Source of the DNA: Patescibacteria group bacterium
Lineage (GTDB): Bacteria; Patescibacteriota; Minisyncoccia; UBA6257; HR35
Reading direction: 5' to 3'
Length of the DNA stretch: 53,965 nucleotides
Assembly: GCA_025060575.1 (NCBI GenBank)
Contig: JANXBL010000002.1
Span: 1-53,965, forward strand
The notes beneath the pieces were generated by a model. That model saw only the letters and a list, made by a program, of their open reading frames with translations. It was not told the DNA's origin and did not search any database. Positions 8,744 to 15,502 of this stretch are shown here, piece by piece. The position numbers and the translations under genes were made by a program. Numbering within the stretch: position 1 is the first letter of the stretch; each line of letters begins with the position of its first letter.

Positions 8744-10645
8744 CTAATCGACATGTTTTTTAAAACCTAAACTTTTTAGCAACACTAATCTTTTAGTATT
8801 ATTTCTAACTGCATAAACTTTAGGTTGATCATTTTTTGTTATCCTTTGAGAACGACACCCTCTATTTATCTCTCTTTCCAGATTGTTTATTTCTAATCTT
8901 ATACCATACCATTCAAAGTAATTCTTGGTTAACACTGATTCAGAGACCGGTCTAATTCCTCTATTCAAGCTATCTCTCAAATCTCTAAAAAGATTGGTCG
9001 AGATGCCTAAGGCACCAGCGATAGCGTCGGCGTCTTGTAAAATAGCATTCACACTAGCCAAGATATCGTCTGCTTGTCCAAGAACTAATAGAAAATTATG
9101 ACCTTCTAGATCCTGCATAATACTTCCTAAAAAGTCTAATGGCAAGCCACCAAAAAGAGGACCACTTTTGATTCCTTTTAGTTTAAAAATATCTAAAAGT
9201 CTATTTACATTTCGAATAATATTAGCGTATCTTTCATTCACAAAAGCGCGTGTCGAACTGATTCTTTGTATCGTATTATTTATTTGAATTTGATTATTAG
9301 TTAGAGCAGCAATTACTTGGTCAACATTAATCGTAACAGTAGCTAAGTGAACCAGGTCGTTATCTGCCTTATTTTTAAGTTCTTCTAATCTTTTATTTAA
9401 TTCCTCACATTCAGGACTAGTTGTAGCTTTTAATTGTTCAATCTTGTCCCTATTTTCTCTTAATGAATCTTCTAAAATTTTAGTTAAACTTTTATAATGA
9501 TCTAATCTAGCAATAATTTCTTTGTTAAGATCGGTGCTAAAATTGGCAAAAGCTTGAGCACAAGCAATCCTAGGGTCAACATTTTTGCCTTGATCACCTT
9601 CGGATACTAATCTTTTACAAATATCCGGAATGGAAGGAGTTCCCGTTGACGAAGTGGTAGTAGAAAACGAAGTCGTAGAAAAAACTAATTTCCTATCTCT
9701 TTCTGTAAAAACTTGAAGGTTATGCGTACCTAATGTTTGATATTGATCAAAAACTTCGGAAAATCTTATAATTGGACGATATCTAAGTGTTATTGGTTTT
9801 CCAGAATCGCTAAAAACTTGAGTTTCGCTAACTAAAACATCACGAGGGTCAGGAAGATTTCTCATCCTCAAATCAATGTTTGTCCTGAAAATTGCATCAA
9901 TATTTTCCATAAGACCATCTGCGGTAGTTTTTTTAACAAAATTTCCATAATCACTGCTTATCGTGAAAGTTGCCGGTGTTAACGGTGTTGTGGGATTATT
10001 TGCTAGAAGAAAATTGCTAAGAGAAAAAGGCTTTAAGAAATTTAAAGTGAAATTAGCCAAAAAACCTCTATTTTGTTTTCTATCTTGATTCTGTCGTGAC
10101 ATTCCCAAATTAAAATTGGGGAAGATATTCTCGCAATCAGGAATCAAAGACAATTGAGAAAGAGCGTATTTAGAAAGGTCATAATTAGCAAAAGACGATG
10201 AAGCATAATCTTCTATCAAAGAACGATAATCGTTAGGAAGGCAATCTATTTGATTGCTTAAAGTTGATAATGTCTCATAGGCAGCAGCATACTCAGCATT
10301 TTCGATTAGGGTTTCTAATTTAGTCTGTTGTTTAGCTGGATCAGATAAATCACTAATCAAAGTTTGTATATCTTCAATTTGATTTTGAATCTCCCAAACT
10401 TGTAAAAGTTTATCTTGATAATTTCTCTTGAAAAAGTCTTCATACTGAACTTTAAGCAGATTATATATATTAAGATCGATATTTTTCAAATGCTCGGTTA
10501 AGGTTGTTTGAATAGCATCAAGAACAGAATTGACCGCTTTAAGCTGAGAATCACTAACGGGTACAGTCATAAACTGAGCAAAAATAAAATTACCACCAAT
10601 TAATAGCAGACTAACCAAAATTAGACCTATTACTATTCTCTTCAT
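8744..10645 (-). CDS. Secreted or surface protein, coiled-coil rich, unknown family; first gene of the T4SS-like region
   Basis: 633 aa. Signal-like N-terminus MKRIVIGLILVSLLLIGGNFIFAQ, several heptad-like helical stretches, and a Ser/Thr-rich patch (FSTTSFSTTTSSTGTPS). Confidence 0.55.
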   Translation of the reverse strand: MKRIVIGLILVSLLLIGGNFIFAQFMTVPVSDSQLKAVNSVLDAIQTTLTEHLKNIDLNIYNLLKVQYEDFFKRNYQDKLLQVWEIQNQIEDIQTLISDLSDPAKQQTKLETLIENAEYAAAYETLSTLSNQIDCLPNDYRSLIEDYASSSFANYDLSKYALSQLSLIPDCENIFPNFNLGMSRQNQDRKQNRGFLANFTLNFLKPFSLSNFLLANNPTTPLTPATFTISSDYGNFVKKTTADGLMENIDAIFRTNIDLRMRNLPDPRDVLVSETQVFSDSGKPITLRYRPIIRFSEVFDQYQTLGTHNLQVFTERDRKLVFSTTSFSTTTSSTGTPSIPDICKRLVSEGDQGKNVDPRIACAQAFANFSTDLNKEIIARLDHYKSLTKILEDSLRENRDKIEQLKATTSPECEELNKRLEELKNKADNDLVHLATVTINVDQVIAALTNNQIQINNTIQRISSTRAFVNERYANIIRNVNRLLDIFKLKGIKSGPLFGGLPLDFLGSIMQDLEGHNFLLVLGQADDILASVNAILQDADAIAGALGISTNLFRDLRDSLNRGIRPVSESVLTKNYFEWYGIRLEINNLEREINRGCRSQRITKNDQPKVYAVRNNTKRLVLLKSLGFKKHVD

Positions 10646-10669
10646 AATCTAATTGAATAATCTAATTGA
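10644..10669. repeat. Perfect 13-bp tandem direct repeat (ATAATCTAATTGA x2) abutting and overlapping the start codon of the 633-aa gene
   Basis: Read directly: 10644-10656 and 10657-10669 are identical. On the coding strand this is TCAATTAGATTAT TCAATTAGATTAT followed by G, which completes the ATG. Confidence 0.8.
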
Positions 10670-10712
10670 TATTATAAATTAATTTTACTAATAAAATTAT
10701 TAATAAAAAATG

Positions 10713-10784
10713 AGCCGGAGGTGGGATTTGAACCCACGACCTTGGCTTTACGAAAGCCCTGCTCTACCGCTGAGCTACTCCGGC
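10713..10784 (-). tRNA. tRNA-Thr (anticodon CGU)
   Basis: Manual cloverleaf: GCCGGAG acceptor, GCTC/GAGC D stem, anticodon loop TTCGTAA, T arm GTGGG-TTCAAAT-CCCAC. CCA is not encoded. Confidence 0.85.
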
Positions 10785-11104
10785 TATTTGAAATTAATAG
10801 GTAAATTAATTGACCTTAAAACTTCCTCCGAAACAATGATCATCTTTTCTCCCTCTAACGCTTGCCCAAGTTTATCTTTGATCTCTTTTTCTTGATTCAT
10901 CTCATCTCGTTGACTGATGATTTTCTTTTGTAAATCATAAACTTCTTCCTTAGATCGACTTAAAAATTTTTCCAAATTGGCTAATTGTTGTTTGTATGGC
11001 TCATTTCTTTTAGCTTCATTAAGATATGCTCTTATCATCAAGACTAAGAGAACAGATAAAAAGATAGCTAGGAATTTCCAAAATTTAAATTTGAACATTT
11101 TCAT
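10784..11104 (-). CDS. FtsB/DivIC-like septum-formation protein (N-terminal TM helix plus coiled coil)
   Basis: 106 aa. TM helix FLAIFLSVLLVLMI, then a coiled coil, then the C-terminal motif IKDKLGQALEGEKMIIV typical of the DivIC/FtsB family. Confidence 0.5.
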   Translation of the reverse strand: MKMFKFKFWKFLAIFLSVLLVLMIRAYLNEAKRNEPYKQQLANLEKFLSRSKEEVYDLQKKIISQRDEMNQEKEIKDKLGQALEGEKMIIVSEEVLRSINLPINFK

Positions 11105-11426
11105 AAAAATTAATCTTTTTCTCTGGAAACAAAATTATTGTCAATAATGATATGCACCAATTTTTTATGCCATTTTGATTGACATAAAATTCTGCTAATC
11201 TTTTTATTTTATTAAACTTGGTGTAAGTTAAATGATATTCGGGTAAAAATTTATTCCCCTCTCTTAAAGATTTAACTTCAATAAAATTAAATACATTTTC
11301 TTTTTTAGCAATAATGTCAATTTCACCTATTCGTTTGTACTTCCAGTTTCTATCAACTATTTGGTAACCTAAATTTTTTAAAAAACTTATTGCCATTTCT
11401 TCTGATTGTTTTCCGCTTATCTTCAT
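11085..11426 (-). CDS. yraN: YraN-family (UPF0102) endonuclease-like protein
   Basis: GKQSEEMAISFLKNLGYQIVDRNWKYKRIGEIDIIAKKENVFNFIEVKS matches the YraN pattern (G...E..A..yL...Gy.il..N.r...GEiDli...........VEVK). Confidence 0.7.
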   Translation of the reverse strand: MKISGKQSEEMAISFLKNLGYQIVDRNWKYKRIGEIDIIAKKENVFNFIEVKSLREGNKFLPEYHLTYTKFNKIKRLAEFYVNQNGIKNWCISLLTIILFPEKKINFYENVQI

Positions 11427-11428
11427 AT

Positions 11429-13879
11429 TTATTCTCCTATAACAAAATTTATCACCTTACCTCTAACAAAAACTATCTTAACAACTTTTTTCCCTTTGAT
11501 ATATTTTTTGTAAAAAGTCTGTTCAGAAACTAGTTCTTTAACTTCGTTTTCAGTTAAATTTTCTTTTTCTGAAACAATTACCCCTCTCTTCTTACCGTTT
11601 ACTTGAACAACATAGTTAAAAGTCTTCCTGACAAGCAATTCTTTATCATATTCGGGCCATTTTTCCAAATCCAACAATGATTTTCCACCCAAAAGAGAGA
11701 ATATTTCTTGGCTAATATGGGGAGCAAATGGAAATAATAATCTTATAAAAATTAAAAATTCATCAACAATGTTTAGGTTAGAATTCTTTGATAAAAAATT
11801 TCGTAAAAAATTTTCGAAACTCATCATTTTGGCAATAACCACATTGAACTTTAAATTTTTAATTCCTTCTGTTGTTTCATAAATCAATTCATTAAGTTTT
11901 ACCCTCACTTCCGCTAGAATTTCTTGATCTTTATTCTTTCTAATTTTATTCTTTTTAACTTGACCAGCAAGAGCCCAAACTCTATTCAAAAAACGAAAAA
12001 CACCTTTGATGCTTTCAATCGACCAAGGTTTGCTATCTTCCAATGGTCCCATAAACATCTCATAAATTCTCAACGTATCTGCGCCGTACTCCTTAATCAC
12101 ATCATCGGGATTAATAACATTCCCCCTGGATTTTGACATTTTCTGACCATCCGGCCCCAATATTAAGCCTTGATTAACCAATTTTACAAACGGCTCTTTA
12201 GTCGGCACCATTTTAATATCATAAAGAAATTTATGCCAAAAACGAGCATAAAGAAGATGCAAAACTGCATGTTCCACTCCGCCCACATACACATCAACAG
12301 GCAACCAATATTGTAAAAGCCTTTTATCCCAATTTCTAAGTTTTTTTGATTTAAGCAAATAACCAATGTAATACCAGCATGAACCAGCCCATTGAGGCAT
12401 AGTTTGGGTTTCTCTCTCTGCTTCTCCCTTGCATTTAGGACATCTGGTTTTTACCCATTTAGAAATATTCTTTAGGGGAGATTCACCAGTTCCTGATGGC
12501 TTATAGTATTTTACTCTTGGCAAAACAAGTGGTAAGTCTTTTTCCTTTAATGGAACTATACCACACCTCGGACATCTTATTAAAGGAATGGGCTCTCCCC
12601 AATATCGTTGACGAGAAAAAATCCAATCCCTCAAACGATAATTAACAACTTTTCTTGCTAAACCTAAAGATGACAATTTTTCACCAATCTTTTCTCTTGC
12701 TTCTTCACTTGATAAACCGCTAAACTCATCAGAATTTATAACGACACCATCTTCTATAAATATCTCTTCAAAGTTTTGCACTCCTTCAGTAGGGACAACC
12801 ACTCTGATCACTTCTAAATCAAATTTCTTGGCAAAATTAAAGTCACGCTCATCATGCGCAGGTACTCCCATAATTGCTCCCGTCCCATAAGTAGCTAATA
12901 CATAATTACTTACCCAAATAGGTATTTTTTTTTGATTTAAAGGATTGATAGCATAACTTCCTGTAAAAACTCCAGATATCTCTTTGTCATAAATGCCGGC
13001 CTTTTCCTTTTTTCTTTCCTCTTGAACATATCGCTCAACATTTAAAAGATAATTAGGATGAGAAATTTTTAATGCTAGTTCATTGGCCGGAGAGAGAACA
13101 ATAAAGGTGACACCATAGATAGTATCCAATCTTGTCGTAAAAATAGCTATTCTTTCTTCAAACCCATCAACCATAAACAAAACTTCGTAACCAACGCTCT
13201 TGCCAATCCAATTTCTTTGCATTTCCTTAACGTTTTCTGGCCAGTCAAGTTCATCTAAGTCTTCTAACAATCTCTCCGCATAGGCAGTAATTCTAATGTG
13301 CCATTGTTTCAGATTTCTTATTTCAGTTGCCGTCCCACAACGCTCACATTTCCCACCTATTACTTCTTCGTCTGCTAAACCTGTTTGACAAGAAGGACAA
13401 AAATTAATTGGAGCCGATTTTTCGTAAACCAAACCTCTTTCATACATTTTCAGAAAAATATACTGAGTCCACTTGTAATAACTAGGATCAGTTGTGCTAA
13501 GTTCTCTTTGCCAATCATAACTTAAGCCTAATGATTTTAGTTGCTTACGAAAGCGTTCAATATTTTTAGGGACAAAATCGATCGGGTTTTTCTTTTTCTT
13601 GATAGCAAAATTCTCCGCTGGTAAACCAAAAGCATCAAACCCCATTGGATGCAATACGTTATAGCCATTCATTCTATAGAATCGACTTAAAATATCAGTT
13701 GCGGTATATCCTTCAACATGACCAACATGTAAACCATCTCCTGAAGGATAAGGAAACATATCTAAAATGTAAATCTTTTTCTGTTTGGCTAAGTCTTTAG
13801 CCTGCCAAAGAGAGAAATTATTTTTCTGCCAAATTTCTTGCCACTTTTTTTCTATCTTTTTAAAAGGATACTTTCTCAT
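11429..13879 (-). CDS. leuS: Leucyl-tRNA synthetase
   Basis: 816 aa. PYPSGDGLHVGHVEGY (HIGH motif), KMSKSRGN (KMSKS motif), and the N-terminus KIEKKWQEIW typical of LeuRS. Confidence 0.95.
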   Translation of the reverse strand: MRKYPFKKIEKKWQEIWQKNNFSLWQAKDLAKQKKIYILDMFPYPSGDGLHVGHVEGYTATDILSRFYRMNGYNVLHPMGFDAFGLPAENFAIKKKKNPIDFVPKNIERFRKQLKSLGLSYDWQRELSTTDPSYYKWTQYIFLKMYERGLVYEKSAPINFCPSCQTGLADEEVIGGKCERCGTATEIRNLKQWHIRITAYAERLLEDLDELDWPENVKEMQRNWIGKSVGYEVLFMVDGFEERIAIFTTRLDTIYGVTFIVLSPANELALKISHPNYLLNVERYVQEERKKEKAGIYDKEISGVFTGSYAINPLNQKKIPIWVSNYVLATYGTGAIMGVPAHDERDFNFAKKFDLEVIRVVVPTEGVQNFEEIFIEDGVVINSDEFSGLSSEEAREKIGEKLSSLGLARKVVNYRLRDWIFSRQRYWGEPIPLIRCPRCGIVPLKEKDLPLVLPRVKYYKPSGTGESPLKNISKWVKTRCPKCKGEAERETQTMPQWAGSCWYYIGYLLKSKKLRNWDKRLLQYWLPVDVYVGGVEHAVLHLLYARFWHKFLYDIKMVPTKEPFVKLVNQGLILGPDGQKMSKSRGNVINPDDVIKEYGADTLRIYEMFMGPLEDSKPWSIESIKGVFRFLNRVWALAGQVKKNKIRKNKDQEILAEVRVKLNELIYETTEGIKNLKFNVVIAKMMSFENFLRNFLSKNSNLNIVDEFLIFIRLLFPFAPHISQEIFSLLGGKSLLDLEKWPEYDKELLVRKTFNYVVQVNGKKRGVIVSEKENLTENEVKELVSEQTFYKKYIKGKKVVKIVFVRGKVINFVIGE

Positions 13880-13880
13880 T

Positions 13881-13896
13881 TATAATCTTAATTATA
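13881..13896. promoter_or_regulatory. Palindromic pair of divergent -10 boxes (TATAAT-N4-ATTATA) in the 19-bp leuS/ORF-13899 intergenic gap
   Basis: The intergenic sequence TTATAATCTTAATTATAAC contains the inverted repeat TTATAAT/ATTATAA. Each strand reads TATAAT 12 nt (plus) or 11 nt (minus) before its ATG. Confidence 0.5.
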
Positions 13897-13898
13897 AC

Positions 13899-14378
13899 AT
13901 GCCAGCAGAAGGTGAAAATTTTCAGCTTAAATGGAAAACATTTACTCATATTAACCATCCTTATGGCGATTTAGTATGGCATCTTTTTTGGGGAATAATT
14001 ATTGGCATTTTTAGTGCTTATGCTATTTTCTATCACGATTATTGGTTATTAATTGTCAGTCTTATTGCTCTCATTTTTTTCTTCCATCCCAAATTTTATG
14101 AACCTAGATTGATGACAATCATTTTAACGTCTGAAGGAGTCCAAATTGATAAAAAATTTTATCCCTGGAAAAAATTTTCTCAATTTGAGGTTTTTGGTAA
14201 TAACAGAAGAAGATTTATTTTTCTAGTGCCTAACCATCTTTCAGTAGGAATTCATTTCCCTCTCGAAACTTTTTTTGTCGACGACCAAGAAGTAATTAAT
14301 TTTTTAAAAAAATTTCTTAAAGAGACTAGTGATTCTGTGCCAATATTTTTGAGAATTTATCGTCAATTCTTTACTTAG
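13899..14378 (+). CDS. Small membrane protein (two TM helices plus a soluble domain), unknown function
   Basis: The track ORF starts at 13785 inside leuS. The internal ATG at 13899 lies just outside leuS and behind a TATAAT box. TM helices include LFWGIIIGIFSAYAIF and LLIVSLIALIFFF. Confidence 0.5.
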   Translation: MPAEGENFQLKWKTFTHINHPYGDLVWHLFWGIIIGIFSAYAIFYHDYWLLIVSLIALIFFFHPKFYEPRLMTIILTSEGVQIDKKFYPWKKFSQFEVFGNNRRRFIFLVPNHLSVGIHFPLETFFVDDQEVINFLKKFLKETSDSVPIFLRIYRQFFT

Positions 14379-14451
14379 TGCGCGTGCCAGGATTCGAACC
14401 TGGGACCTGGTGTTTATAAGACACCCGCTCTAACCACTGAGCTACACGCGC
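14379..14451 (-). tRNA. tRNA-Ile with a genomically encoded UAU anticodon
   Basis: Manual cloverleaf: GCGCGTG acceptor, TAGCTCAGTGGTTAGAGC D arm, anticodon stem-loop GGTGT-CTTATAA-ACACC, T arm CCAGG-TTCGAAT-CCTGG, discriminator A. Confidence 0.8.
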
Positions 14452-14823
14452 CTAAAGATCTGTTCTAATTTCAATTCTTCTCATTTTGCTTTCTGTAGTT
14501 TTAGGAATTTTTATCATCAAAACACCATTATGATAAAAAGCTCTCGTTTGAGTCAGATCAAGTTTTTTAGGAAGAGCAATAGTTCTTGAAAAAGGACCCC
14601 AAAAACACTCTCTATACTCGTAAGCTGATTCAGGAATTTCTTCTGGTGGAGTTCGTCTTCCCTTAATGATCAAAATATCACCTTCAATAAAAACATCAAT
14701 GTTATCCAGGCTTGTACCAGCAATGGGAGAAATTATCACTAACTCATCATCTTTATAATAGACATCAACACTCAATGTTCCTTCACCCTGAAATTGGCTG
14801 TGATGGAGATTGTCTTCTTCCAT
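14452..14823 (-). CDS. Hsp20/alpha-crystallin family small heat-shock protein
   Basis: The alpha-crystallin domain pattern is visible: LSVDVYYKDDELVIISPIAGTSLDNIDVFIEGDILIIKGRR ... FSRTIALPKKLD ... AFYHNGVLMIKIPK. Confidence 0.8.
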   Translation of the reverse strand: MEEDNLHHSQFQGEGTLSVDVYYKDDELVIISPIAGTSLDNIDVFIEGDILIIKGRRTPPEEIPESAYEYRECFWGPFSRTIALPKKLDLTQTRAFYHNGVLMIKIPKTTESKMRRIEIRTDL

Positions 14824-15502
14824 TGTGAGCCAGGTAATCTAATTCTAAAATTACGACCCAAAACGCTGACCAGATAACCGGCAAAAGAAGAGCCATCAAA
14901 TACAAACCTTCTTGTAAAATTCCAGAATTAATTATAACTAAATTGAATATAAAATGCAAAAGAACTGCGCCAATAAATGAAATTACAAAAGGAAAAATGT
15001 TTCGAGTAGCAACATTGAATGAATAGCCAAAGCCGATAAGGGATGAAGAAAGGATATGAATCAAGTTAGGTCCCAGAAATCTTAAAATAGCAAAAATAAA
15101 GATAGGACTGATTGGCAATTTGACATCAAAAAATTGTTCACTAAGGGTAAATTTAAGAAGATAGGCAACATTTTCAATGAAAGCAAAACCAAAAGCAGAA
15201 AACATCATATAAATCATTGCGTCAATTGGCTCATCAAAAACTTTTCGAGGAAAAATAAAAACCAAAATTACTAAAAATTTAAAAAATTCTTCCAAGAAAA
15301 CGGCAATTAACAGGGATAAATTCTCATTGGCAATTAAATTCCAAGCAAAAATAGCTTGCTGGGCTTTAAGACTCAAAATTGCTGAAAAAATTCCTAAAAG
15401 AAAAGCCAAAAACAACCAAAAAATAGGCTCGGGATGAGGATCGCGGCGATAAAAATAATAAATCCAAACAAGAGGTAATATAAAGGATAAAATTACTTCC
15501 AC
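14783..15502 (-). CDS. PrsW-family intramembrane protease-like protein
   Basis: Polytopic, with FLEEFFKFLV (EExxK motif) and GFAFIENVAY (GFAxxEN motif). GTG start. It overlaps the Hsp20 gene by 41 nt. Confidence 0.6.
   Translation of the reverse strand: MEVILSFILPLVWIYYFYRRDPHPEPIFWLFLAFLLGIFSAILSLKAQQAIFAWNLIANENLSLLIAVFLEEFFKFLVILVFIFPRKVFDEPIDAMIYMMFSAFGFAFIENVAYLLKFTLSEQFFDVKLPISPIFIFAILRFLGPNLIHILSSSLIGFGYSFNVATRNIFPFVISFIGAVLLHFIFNLVIINSGILQEGLYLMALLLPVIWSAFWVVILELDYLAHNGRRQSPSQPISG

Noticed and set aside
10710-10895. 61-aa plus-strand ORF. The 81-aa ORF at 41492-41737 is similar.
   Set aside because: Their N-terminal halves are the reverse complements of tRNA-Thr and tRNA-Gly respectively (hence the ...WDLNPRP... 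type translations), so they are artefacts.
13785-13898. Upstream part of the 197-aa plus-strand ORF
   Set aside because: It overlaps the 5' end of leuS on the other strand. The internal ATG at 13899 has a -10 box in the 19-bp intergenic gap.
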